Below are positions 34,648-43,345 of a stretch of 64,000 nucleotides of DNA, piece by piece (positions within the stretch are counted from its first letter, which is position 1; each line of letters begins with the position of its first letter). Where the stretch lies: NCBI GenBank assembly GCA_016930645.1, contig JAFGGH010000026.1:3642-67641 (forward strand), in the 5' to 3' direction. This DNA is from Sedimentisphaerales bacterium (lineage in GTDB: Bacteria > Planctomycetota > Phycisphaerae > Sedimentisphaerales > Anaerobacaceae). The position numbers and the translations under genes were made by a program. A model generated the notes under the pieces. The model had not been told where the DNA came from. It saw nothing but the letters and a program-made list of their open reading frames with translations, and searched no databases.

Positions 34648-34818
34648 ATGGCGAAAAAGAAAACAAAACGTGAAGATGTATGGCTGGAGTGTACCGAGTG
34701 CGGTAACAGAAACTACCGTACTAATGTCAGTGTGGCGGAAGGTACGCCGAAGATTGAGCTGAAGAAATACTGCCCCCGTTCGAGAAAACGTACAGTCCAC
34801 AAGATACGCCGTAAATAA
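34648..34818 (+). CDS. rpmG: 50S ribosomal protein L33
   Basis: 56-aa ORF not in the supplied track: MAKKKTKREDVWLECTECGNRNYRTNVSVAEGTPKIELKKYCPRSRKRTVHKIRRK. It has CxxC...C Zn-ribbon-like spacing and sits after tuf. Confidence 0.8.
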   Translation: MAKKKTKREDVWLECTECGNRNYRTNVSVAEGTPKIELKKYCPRSRKRTVHKIRRK

Positions 34819-34906
34819 TTCGTATATTGTGAAGTATAAGTCGTATTTTGAGAGGGATTGTCTGTAGACCTGTTCTAAGAAAAAGATACGGATAAAAGTT
34901 TGATTT

Positions 34907-37900
34907 ATGATGTTTAACAGCGAAATATTGTTGTTTATTGTCATTGCTTTGTTGTTTGTGTTGACGGTTGCGCGAGCATCTAGTCCGTATTATAGTCCGG
35001 ATTTGGACGAAGATGAGTTTGTAGATTTCAACGACTTTGCAGGATTTGCGGCAAACTGGCAGCAAACTGGCGGCGGTATAGACGGTGATTTTGACAATAA
35101 TGGTATTGTTGATGCTAACGACCTGTGGCACTTTACGGAGTACTGGCTGACGGAAGTAATTTATCCGCCCATAGCAGAAGACCAGAACATTACATTAACG
35201 GAGGGACAGTCTATAGAGATAGTAATGCAGGGCAGTGATGAAAACAACGACAGTCTCGATTATTTTGTAGTCAGCTATCCTGCAGAAGGGCCGCTTATCG
35301 AAGATGGAAACAGGGCGACCTATAGCCCGTTTGCCGGTTATGACGGCAATGACAGTTTTGAATTTATTGCTTATGACGGAGAATATGAGAGCAATATAGC
35401 AAAGGTTTCGATTACTGTTCGGCCTGATAGCGATGATGATGGTTTGTCGGACTATGACGAAATCAATGGTACTTACGGCTATATAACCGACCCATACGAC
35501 CCCAATACAGATGGCGATACAATGCCGGACGGCTGGGAAATTAATAATAGCTTGAATCCTACTGTTAATGATGCGGTGGGAAATCCTGATAATGATAATT
35601 TTACCAATTTGCAGGAGTACCAGGCGGATACAAACCCGCAGAATCCGGATACCGATGCCGATGGTCTTTTAGACGGGGCCGAGGCGGTTTACGGCTGTAA
35701 CCCACTTTGTGCCGATACCGATGGAGACGGTATAAAAGACGGCGCTGAGGTCAGCTGGGGGCTTGAGCCTGATAATTCCGATACGGATGGTGACGGGGTA
35801 AATGATAATGCTGAAGTAAGTTATAACGGTAACAGCAACGACTATCACCCTTATCCGTGGGCAGGTCACGACTGGGATGAATGCGATTTAAATGCAAATT
35901 CAGATGATACCGATAGCGATGGAATGAAGGATAAGTGGGAATACGACAATGCGGAGCTTGATATTGTCTGGACAAAGGCGTTAGACCCGCGTTACGGTTC
36001 CGATGCCGGTAACGATACGGACAGTGACGGTTTGATAAACAGTATCGAGCATTCACTGAATTTGAACTCGCTCGTTCCGGATGGTGCCGATACAGATGGG
36101 GACGGCTTGACTGATGGCCAGGAGTACTATGGTACTATAACCGGCTATCAAACGAGCGCATCCGAGATAGATACGGACGGTGATTTTCTTATTGACGGTT
36201 ATAATAACAAGATATTAGCTGAGGATTATCCGGAAGGGATTCATGAATACTACGGCGGCTCATCTTCTTATGTTTATGGTGAAGTGAGCATCGGGTCGAA
36301 CCCGGTTAATAAGCACAGCGACGGCGATAATATGCCGGACGGCTGGGAAGTAAGACAGTGGAATATGTACCGCAACTCGCATTTCGACCCGATATATAAT
36401 TATCCGGGGGTTGGCGGTTCTGATTTTGACGGTGATGCCCTGACTAATCTTGTCGAATCTCAGAAATGGTCGCTTGCCCGTTATAGTGATACGGACAGCG
36501 ATGGTTTGAGTGATGGTTACGAGGTAAATACTACAGGTACGGACCCGACAAATAATGATTGTGATAACGACGGCCTTACTGACGGATATGAGGTCAACAA
36601 TTCCAATACCGACCCTGAGGATTATGATTCTGATGATGATTTGCTGTCGGATAAATGGGAGGTTGATAACAGCCTGAATCCCAATAGCTCCTCCGGAAAT
36701 GACGGCAAAAATGGCGACCCTGACGGCGACGGCCTGGTTAATCTTGATGAGGTTATATATGGGGCAAATCCGCGTAATAGCGACACCGATAGCGATGGAA
36801 CAAACGATGGCGCCGAAGTAGCTCAAGGCAGCAATCCTGCCGATAATTCTGACGGCGGGCAGGCGGCGGAGGATAAGTATGCAGATATAAAGCTGACGGT
36901 CGGCGACCACAGCGGCAGCAATTCGGAGCGTTATAACCTGAAGGTCGGCACAATAACACACCAGGCCCCTGAGTTCGGTGTTGTGGAAGAAAGGGTTTAT
37001 CCTTTTGAAGTTGGCAAGAAATACGAAATTACGATTATTCATCAGGGCAGCAATCTGGATGAGCCTGATTATGATTATACTGCGTTAGTTGAGGCGAACG
37101 AGCCAGCTAACGGATGGATGCTTATACTTGAAGACCCGGATGGGATATTAGGTGTGCATAATGAGAGTGATTATTTCTATGCACAGGGCAAGAAGGCGTA
37201 TCTTTATTTAGTTAAGCCGGATTTGAAGATTTACAACGGTTGCGGGGGTTCGGAGGTTGCCGAAGGTGATGAAACCGATGTAGGGGCTTATGTATTGGTT
37301 AACTGGGATGATGATAACGATAACGACCAGCCTGATGTGTACGAATCAGGACAGGTAAGCGGTGAAGGCGACCTTGCGAAAATCGAACTGACAGTTTTGC
37401 CGGATGATTTGGATAAAGGGACGGTTGCGCTTGTCAAGGCAGGCGGGACAGGCAGTAATATCAAGGTGTGGGACAGCGAAAGCAGGCAGAATGAGGTTAC
37501 GGAGCTAAGCTGGGATATTGCTGATATGCCGGATGAATTGTGGCTCGAGGCAAGAGCTGCCAGCAATTCAGAAAGGAATATTTCGCTGCAGTTTAAATAT
37601 AGCTATGGTGGTTCTGCCGCCGATGAGGTTAAGGCAACGGCGGTAATGGTAAATCTCGGAAATGCTGTATATAGAGAGTTGGATCTTTTTGGGATAGGTA
37701 GTCTTAAAGTTGGTCATGCAGCTTTAGTGTATGAATATACAGGAAATTGTAATCCAGCAGATTTCGATGATGCAGATAATTACTGGATAATAGAAATGGA
37801 CGGACCGACTAATGACAAGCCTCTTAGTACAATGACTGACGTACCGGGCCTGCCGCCAATGGGATGTTATACGACCCAAGGCATGACGTACCGGAAAAGA

Positions 37901-38296
37901 CTTGAGGTTATCAAAACTGCCGAGGAAATGGTAACCAGAGCGAATGTCATTCAATATAGTTTATTTGGTGTTTTACTTCCACAAAATTGGGATGATACGG
38001 TTGATGGCATTACCCACCTTCGTTGTGACGGCTTGGTTGAGGCCTGTTACGAAATGAACGGCCTGAATGCCTGGGGCAAGCTTGTTTCTTATCCGGCAAA
38101 TTATGATGTAAGAGTGGACTCATTTCAGGCCGAGCATAATGAACAGCTCCCTTTACCGGATGTATGGAAGAGATATTTAGCGCCGGCTACTCAATGCGGG
38201 AGGGTAGATTACGGTTATGAGGGAGTTTATTGGGATAGCGCTCTTAGTCCCCAGAATCTATGTGAACCTGTAGGTAATACCGGAGGCTGGGAGTAA
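34907..38296 (+). CDS. Secreted thrombospondin-type-3 (calcium-binding) repeat protein with N-terminal dockerin-like module, cadherin/Ig-like domain and a C-terminal domain resembling a permuted papain-like (NlpC/P60-YiiX type) fold
   Basis: Signal peptide. DFDNNGIVDANDLWHFTEYW. More than 15 DxDxDGxxDxxE repeats (DTDADGLLDGAE, DTDGDGIKDGAEV and others). C-terminal KVGHAALVYEY (His codon 37715-37717) and HLRCDGLVEACYE (Cys codon 38024-38026). Confidence 0.7.
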   Translation: MMFNSEILLFIVIALLFVLTVARASSPYYSPDLDEDEFVDFNDFAGFAANWQQTGGGIDGDFDNNGIVDANDLWHFTEYWLTEVIYPPIAEDQNITLTEGQSIEIVMQGSDENNDSLDYFVVSYPAEGPLIEDGNRATYSPFAGYDGNDSFEFIAYDGEYESNIAKVSITVRPDSDDDGLSDYDEINGTYGYITDPYDPNTDGDTMPDGWEINNSLNPTVNDAVGNPDNDNFTNLQEYQADTNPQNPDTDADGLLDGAEAVYGCNPLCADTDGDGIKDGAEVSWGLEPDNSDTDGDGVNDNAEVSYNGNSNDYHPYPWAGHDWDECDLNANSDDTDSDGMKDKWEYDNAELDIVWTKALDPRYGSDAGNDTDSDGLINSIEHSLNLNSLVPDGADTDGDGLTDGQEYYGTITGYQTSASEIDTDGDFLIDGYNNKILAEDYPEGIHEYYGGSSSYVYGEVSIGSNPVNKHSDGDNMPDGWEVRQWNMYRNSHFDPIYNYPGVGGSDFDGDALTNLVESQKWSLARYSDTDSDGLSDGYEVNTTGTDPTNNDCDNDGLTDGYEVNNSNTDPEDYDSDDDLLSDKWEVDNSLNPNSSSGNDGKNGDPDGDGLVNLDEVIYGANPRNSDTDSDGTNDGAEVAQGSNPADNSDGGQAAEDKYADIKLTVGDHSGSNSERYNLKVGTITHQAPEFGVVEERVYPFEVGKKYEITIIHQGSNLDEPDYDYTALVEANEPANGWMLILEDPDGILGVHNESDYFYAQGKKAYLYLVKPDLKIYNGCGGSEVAEGDETDVGAYVLVNWDDDNDNDQPDVYESGQVSGEGDLAKIELTVLPDDLDKGTVALVKAGGTGSNIKVWDSESRQNEVTELSWDIADMPDELWLEARAASNSERNISLQFKYSYGGSAADEVKATAVMVNLGNAVYRELDLFGIGSLKVGHAALVYEYTGNCNPADFDDADNYWIIEMDGPTNDKPLSTMTDVPGLPPMGCYTTQGMTYRKRLEVIKTAEEMVTRANVIQYSLFGVLLPQNWDDTVDGITHLRCDGLVEACYEMNGLNAWGKLVSYPANYDVRVDSFQAEHNEQLPLPDVWKRYLAPATQCGRVDYGYEGVYWDSALSPQNLCEPVGNTGGWE

Positions 38297-39564
38297 TGGA
38301 GATAATCAAAATGAAGCTTATGAAAATATTCATTTTAATAGTTTTGACTTCTGTTGCGGCTCAAGTCAATGCGTACGGCGATGAGGAAAATTACTGGGAA
38401 ATCATCAAGCAAAAGATGGTTGAATGCGAGAATGCGACAAGAGAAGATGCCGAAGTGCTGTCTATTGAGTTTCAACGTTATATAGCTTCATTGAGCGCAG
38501 GACAGTTATTGATTGCTACAAGAGATTGTGCTGCGGAAGTTCAGCAGAGAATAACCCCTGAGCGATGGACAGAGGGGTTGTGGGCAATGGGATTTTTCCT
38601 CCATTACTATCCGCAGAAGACGAATAATGTTGAAGATGTTTCACCATTACTGAACGACCTGAAAGACAAATCACAGCCGGAATTTTGGCGATATTGTATA
38701 ATGCAGTCTTTTGGGGAGTGGCGAAAGGAATTTGTCAGGCCGAAGCAGTGTTTCGATGCTGCAAATATGATGAGGGATATATTTACCGATAGCTCTGAGC
38801 CGGAAAAGCTAAGGGAACAAGCGGTAAGTGAATTTAAAGAGCTTTATTTTAGGGCTTATGAGAATAATATAAATAATGACCCTAATGTCAAGCAGCTTGT
38901 TGAAAGCGGCAGAACATACGAGCAGGTCAAAGGTGATATAGAAGGCGGCAGGGTAAGATTGGCAGATGAAACCGTTGAGATGAAAAAGCAGATTGAGACT
39001 GCTATCGCCCAGTCCATACAATATCAATTGAAATTTTTTGCTGAACCGAATATGCCGGTTTATCTTGGAGGAGAGGTTATTGCAACCCTTGCTCAGCTTC
39101 GCGGTTTCGATGAAACCGGCCAGATAAAACAGACGATGAATAATGCCCTGAAAAACTACAAAAACTACAATCAAAAACTTTGGCACCAGTTGGCAAGAAC
39201 TAATATTGTTTATTTTAATAATGAAGAAGCAGAATCAATATTGGAAAATATGATTGATGAGGCCAAAGATGTATATAGTGATTCACGGCGTTTTTTAAAT
39301 CGTAGTCACTTAGTTTACTTAAAAAAGCGAATAGAAAAGGGTGAAATGAAAAAGGCTTCTGCTCCGGTCAGGCTGGTAAAATTACCGGAGCCGGAGCAAC
39401 AACTTGTACAGGCTGCACCGGTTGAGGTTAATGAGGTGGTGGTGGATGTTAATGAGCTGGTGAGGTGGCTTGAGCAGATATGGCTCGAAGATGAGAGTAT
39501 AAGAGAGGTCTTGGATGCGAACGAATTACAGGAATTTATAGAGACGGTAAAAGAACTAAAGTAG
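38296..39564 (+). CDS. Secreted alpha-helical hypothetical protein, translationally coupled to the upstream gene
   Basis: Its ATG overlaps the upstream TAA (TAATG at 38294-38298). Signal-like MKLMKIFILIVLTSVAAQVNA. No recognisable catalytic motifs. Confidence 0.6.
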   Translation: MEIIKMKLMKIFILIVLTSVAAQVNAYGDEENYWEIIKQKMVECENATREDAEVLSIEFQRYIASLSAGQLLIATRDCAAEVQQRITPERWTEGLWAMGFFLHYYPQKTNNVEDVSPLLNDLKDKSQPEFWRYCIMQSFGEWRKEFVRPKQCFDAANMMRDIFTDSSEPEKLREQAVSEFKELYFRAYENNINNDPNVKQLVESGRTYEQVKGDIEGGRVRLADETVEMKKQIETAIAQSIQYQLKFFAEPNMPVYLGGEVIATLAQLRGFDETGQIKQTMNNALKNYKNYNQKLWHQLARTNIVYFNNEEAESILENMIDEAKDVYSDSRRFLNRSHLVYLKKRIEKGEMKKASAPVRLVKLPEPEQQLVQAAPVEVNEVVVDVNELVRWLEQIWLEDESIREVLDANELQEFIETVKELK

Positions 39565-39615
39565 GCTTTGCGTAAGATTGAGAGATACGATATGATTATT
39601 CGAGTGTGTGAACAT

Positions 39616-39688
39616 AGGCCAGTAGCTCAATTGGCAGAGCGTCGGTCTCCAAAACCGAAGGTTGGGGGTTCGATTCCCTTCTGGCCTG
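39616..39688 (+). tRNA. tRNA-Trp (anticodon CCA)
   Basis: Acceptor AGGCCAG/CTGGCCT, anticodon arm TCGGT-ctCCAaa-ACCGA, T-loop ttcgatt. Length is 73 nt. Confidence 0.9.
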
Positions 39689-39774
39689 TTTGGTTCCCGC
39701 CTTCGGCGGTTAAAGGTTGGTTAATTGGTAGTTGGTGGCTGGTTGATTGATTACAAGTACGAGAAAGGTTCAGG

Positions 39775-40179
39775 ATGAAACTTGGTATTTATAAACGCAG
39801 TCAGGGAACATACACAAGGCTGGGAACCGCTTTTGCTCTGGCATTGATAGCCGCTCTCGGTTGCCTGAAGCTTTATGACCAATTGAGTGCTATGGAAACA
39901 AAATTAGAGCCGAACGTTGAGATGTGGATACAGATTCTTATTCCCGCCTTTTTACTTGTATTGTTTGCGTTTTTAAGTTTCTGGCTGGTAAACAGGCCGA
40001 AAATCGCGGACTTTATGATAGAGTCCGAAGGTGAGATGAAAAAGGTAAGCTGGTCGAGCAGAAAAGAAATATTTGTTTCGACGGTTGTTGTTATAGTTGT
40101 TGTTGTGCTGATGGCTTTATTTCTCGGAACGGCTGACCTTGGATTCAGCTTGTTTTTCTCTGAAGTGATCGGAATTTAA
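39775..40179 (+). CDS. secE: Preprotein translocase subunit SecE (long form)
   Basis: C-terminal SecE signature region EMKKVSWSSRKEIFVSTVVVIVVVVLMALFLG. Position immediately upstream of nusG. Confidence 0.85.
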   Translation: MKLGIYKRSQGTYTRLGTAFALALIAALGCLKLYDQLSAMETKLEPNVEMWIQILIPAFLLVLFAFLSFWLVNRPKIADFMIESEGEMKKVSWSSRKEIFVSTVVVIVVVVLMALFLGTADLGFSLFFSEVIGI

Positions 40180-40192
40180 GCGGGCCGAAATT

Positions 40193-40735
40193 ATGCAATG
40201 GTATGTTTTGAGAGTTCAGTCCAATAAAGAGCTGCATGTAAAGGAAGCGCTCGAAAGAAAAGTCGAGATGGAAGGCCTTGATAATATCATCGGCAGGATA
40301 GAGGTTCCAGTCGAGACGGTAAAGCGCATCCGCGGCAGCAAACAGTCTGTGCATAAGCGCAAGCTTTATCCGGGATACGTTTTTATGGAAATGGAACCGA
40401 CCGATGACGGCAGGGTGCCGGAAAAAGCCTGGTTTATGATAAAGGACACTTCAGGAGTCGGAGATTTTATAAGCACCGAAGGAATTCCGACACCGATGAG
40501 AGACACGGATGTGGCGAAAATGCTTTCTGAAGCTGAAAAGCCGGAAGCAACACCGAGCATTAAGGTCGATTTCGAGTCTGGCGACCATATTAAAATCAGA
40601 GAAGGTGCCTTTGAGAACTTTGAAGGCACCGTTGAATCGATAGATTCTGAAAGAGGTCTGGTAAAAGTAGTAGTAAGTATTTTCGGCAGGAATACGCCTC
40701 TTGATATCGAATACTGGCAGATAGAAAAGATATAG
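40193..40735 (+). CDS. nusG: Transcription termination/antitermination factor NusG
   Basis: WYVLRVQSNKE NGN domain and a C-terminal KOW (GDHIKIREGAFENFEGTV). Confidence 0.93.
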   Translation: MQWYVLRVQSNKELHVKEALERKVEMEGLDNIIGRIEVPVETVKRIRGSKQSVHKRKLYPGYVFMEMEPTDDGRVPEKAWFMIKDTSGVGDFISTEGIPTPMRDTDVAKMLSEAEKPEATPSIKVDFESGDHIKIREGAFENFEGTVESIDSERGLVKVVVSIFGRNTPLDIEYWQIEKI

Positions 40736-40748
40736 GTTACAGGTTGCT

Positions 40749-40774
40749 TGAATATCGAATATCCAATGTAGAAT
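40749..40774 (+). repeat. 26-nt dispersed repeat TGAATATCGAATATCCAATGTAGAAT
   Basis: The reverse complement of 59306-59331 matches at 25 of 26 positions. A partial copy TTGAATATCGAAT is at 41299-41311. Confidence 0.75.
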
Positions 40775-40872
40775 TGAAAATGCAGAAGTAAGGGTGAAAT
40801 TTGAATAACGAATAGAGAATGACAAAAGATGAGCGATAATAATCAGGATTTAGGGTACAGGGTACAGAAATA

Positions 40873-41298
40873 ATGGCGAAGGAAATAGTAAAACAGATAA
40901 AACTTCAGGCACCGGGCGGCCAGGCGACACCAGCTCCGCCTATCGGACCTGCTCTTGGTCAGCACGGTGTTAATATCGGTCAGTTTGTTTCTCAGTTTAA
41001 CGAGAGAACGAAGGAGCTTAACGGTACTATCGTACCAGTAGTTATTAATGTCTATATGGACAAGAGTTTTTCCTTCGAGGTAAAAAGCCCGCCCGCCGCG
41101 GTATTGCTGAAGCAAGCCGCGGAAATTGCAAAAGGAAGCGGAGTTCCTAATAAGGAAAAAGTAGGAAAAGTTACTGCTGAACAGGTAAAACAAATAGCCC
41201 AGACAAAAATGAAGGACCTCAACGCCTTCGATTTGGAGCAGGCATCAAGGATTATCGAAGGCACAGCAAGGAGTATGGGCATAGAAGTAGAAGGTTGA
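40873..41298 (+). CDS. rplK: 50S ribosomal protein L11
   Basis: [27 protein letters not shown]. Confidence 0.96.
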   Translation: MAKEIVKQIKLQAPGGQATPAPPIGPALGQHGVNIGQFVSQFNERTKELNGTIVPVVINVYMDKSFSFEVKSPPAAVLLKQAAEIAKGSGVPNKEKVGKVTAEQVKQIAQTKMKDLNAFDLEQASRIIEGTARSMGIEVEG

Positions 41299-41438
41299 TT
41301 GAATATCGAATGCTTTAAAACCCCCCAGGCAGCCGCCTTCGCCAAGGCTACGGCGAGCTAAAGGCCTGTGGGCTAAATAGAAAAGTTTACCACGGCGAAT
41401 AGTGGGAGCGATGGTCAGTCGCGAATAAGGAGTATAGA

Positions 41439-42116
41439 ATGGCTTACAGAAGCAAGCGTTACAGGGCGGAAGCTGAAAAAGTAGCAGATGAGACAGTTTC
41501 TCTCAGCGAAGCGGTAGAAAAAATCAAGTCTTTTAATAAAGTAAAATTCGACCAGAGTGTTGAATGTGTGCTTAACCTGGGAATTGACACCAAGGTGGCC
41601 GACCAGATAGTACGCGGAGCGATATCGCTTCCTCACGGGATCGGCAAACGAAAGAAGGTTATCGCTTTCTGCGACGATAGCGAAGTAGAAGCGGCAAAAA
41701 AGGCAGGTGCGATAGAGGCAGGCACAGACGACCTGGTCAAAAAGGTTCAGGACGGCTGGATGGATTTCGATGTGGCGGTAGCATCACCGAAGGTGATGGG
41801 CAAGGTTGGAAAGCTCGGCAGGGTGCTCGGCCCTCAGGGAAAGATGCCTTCTCCTAAAAACGGCACGGTTACACAGGATGTTATTACGGCGGTGGCCGAG
41901 TTTTCCGCAGGTAAAATAGAGTTCAAAAACGATACTTTCGGGAACGTGCATGCGGTGGTGGGAAAACAGAGCTTTGATAAAAAGAAACTCATCGAGAACA
42001 TCGAGGCTTTTCTGGAACATATCAGGAAAATGAAGCCTGCGACATCAAAAGGTGTTTACATAAAAAAGATGTTTCTTTCAGCGACAATGAGTCCGAGTGT
42101 TCAGGTTGGCATATAA
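41439..42116 (+). CDS. rplA: 50S ribosomal protein L1
   Basis: Typical L1 length, FDQSVE...LGIDTK motif and conserved gene order. Confidence 0.93.
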   Translation: MAYRSKRYRAEAEKVADETVSLSEAVEKIKSFNKVKFDQSVECVLNLGIDTKVADQIVRGAISLPHGIGKRKKVIAFCDDSEVEAAKKAGAIEAGTDDLVKKVQDGWMDFDVAVASPKVMGKVGKLGRVLGPQGKMPSPKNGTVTQDVITAVAEFSAGKIEFKNDTFGNVHAVVGKQSFDKKKLIENIEAFLEHIRKMKPATSKGVYIKKMFLSATMSPSVQVGI

Positions 42117-42135
42117 CGTTTAGGGAATATATTAG

Positions 42136-42669
42136 ATGAGTAAGTTTGTAAAAGGGTTAATACAGCACGAGCTTGAGAAGAAAATTACCCAGGGCAACGC
42201 CAGAGATTTCATTATTTTAAGCCTGATGGGTATAAGCGGAACAGAAAATAACGAACTACGCAGCAGGCTTAAGAGCAAAGGTATTAAGCTTTCTGTTGTA
42301 AGAAATTCGTTATTTAAAAAGGCCCTTAAAAACAACGGCATGGATGAAGCCGTCAAGTTATTCGAGGGGCCCTGTGCTATCGCTTATGGCGGTGACAGTA
42401 TTGTCGATATTGCCAAGGAAATTGTTGACTGTTCAAAGAAAATTAAGGTTTTGCAGATAAAAAACGCTTTCCTCGAAGGTGCAGCACTTGACGAGAAAGA
42501 CGCTGTTGAACTGTCCAAGATGCCCAACAGGGCCGAGCTTCTGGGTCAGGTGCTTGTGCTTGTTATGTCACCAGCAAGAAAAATCGCAGGTTGCGTAATG
42601 GGACCCGGCGGAATTATCGCAGGCTGCATAAAGGCACTGGCGGATAAGAAAGAGAAAGAGGCGGCGTAG
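42136..42669 (+). CDS. rplJ: 50S ribosomal protein L10
   Basis: Position between rplA and rplL. Length is 177 aa with L10-like sequence. Confidence 0.9.
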   Translation: MSKFVKGLIQHELEKKITQGNARDFIILSLMGISGTENNELRSRLKSKGIKLSVVRNSLFKKALKNNGMDEAVKLFEGPCAIAYGGDSIVDIAKEIVDCSKKIKVLQIKNAFLEGAALDEKDAVELSKMPNRAELLGQVLVLVMSPARKIAGCVMGPGGIIAGCIKALADKKEKEAA

Positions 42670-42689
42670 AAAAGCGTTTGTTATATATC

Positions 42690-42714
42690 CCCCGCCGCAG
42701 GCGGCGGGGCTAAA
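42690..42714 (-). repeat. REP-like hairpin in the rplJ-rplL spacer
   Basis: CCCCGCCG-cagg-CGGCGGGG followed by CTAAA, which is a TTTAG head on the - strand. Confidence 0.6.
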
Positions 42715-42819
42715 TAAACAAGTGAATATTGATATTGCTGAATCGAAGTCTTTTATTAGTTAAATGAGATTGTGTAGTCTCAACTACGGTTCGGCGAGTT
42801 ACTAACAGGAGTTTTTAAG

Positions 42820-43242
42820 ATGGCAGAAGAAAAAGCAGCAGAAGCGAAAAGCTGGACTAAGGAAATCAAGGAATTAGGCGACAAGATTGTAGGCTTGACT
42901 TTGATGCAGGCCAAGGAGCTTGGCGATTATCTCAAGGAAGAGCATGGTATCGAGCCTGCAGGCGGCGGCGTTTTAATGGCGTCTGGACTTGCAGCGGCAG
43001 GGGGCGGCGAAGCCGAAGCGGCGGAAGAAAAGACTTCGTTCAATGTAGTCCTGAAAGAATTCGGCGACAAGAAGATTCAGGTTATCAAGGAAGTAAGGGC
43101 GCTGACAGGTCTTGGGCTGAAAGAGGCAAAAGACCTTGTAGAGGGTGCGCCCAAGCCGGTAAAGGAAGGACTCAGCAAGGAAGACGCAGAGGCGGCAAAG
43201 AAGCAGCTTGAAGCGGTTGGCGCTGTCGTAGAGCTGGTTTAG
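42820..43242 (+). CDS. rplL: 50S ribosomal protein L7/L12
   Basis: Ala/Gly-rich hinge and a C-terminal domain [24 protein letters not shown]. Confidence 0.96.
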   Translation: MAEEKAAEAKSWTKEIKELGDKIVGLTLMQAKELGDYLKEEHGIEPAGGGVLMASGLAAAGGGEAEAAEEKTSFNVVLKEFGDKKIQVIKEVRALTGLGLKEAKDLVEGAPKPVKEGLSKEDAEAAKKQLEAVGAVVELV

Positions 43243-43345
43243 ATTAGTAAGTCCGCCGTCGCATAAAGCTATGGCGGTACAAGACGGCGAGACAAGTAAT
43301 GATTAGTCAGTTGATATTTAATAAAGAGAATTTCGGGAGTATGAA

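Noticed and set aside
36260-37042. 260-aa ORF on the minus strand, plus several shorter ones between 35.6 and 37.0 kb.
   Set aside because: It is antisense to the TSP3-repeat gene. Its repetitive Ile/Arg-rich translation is a by-product of the GAT/GAC-rich repeats.
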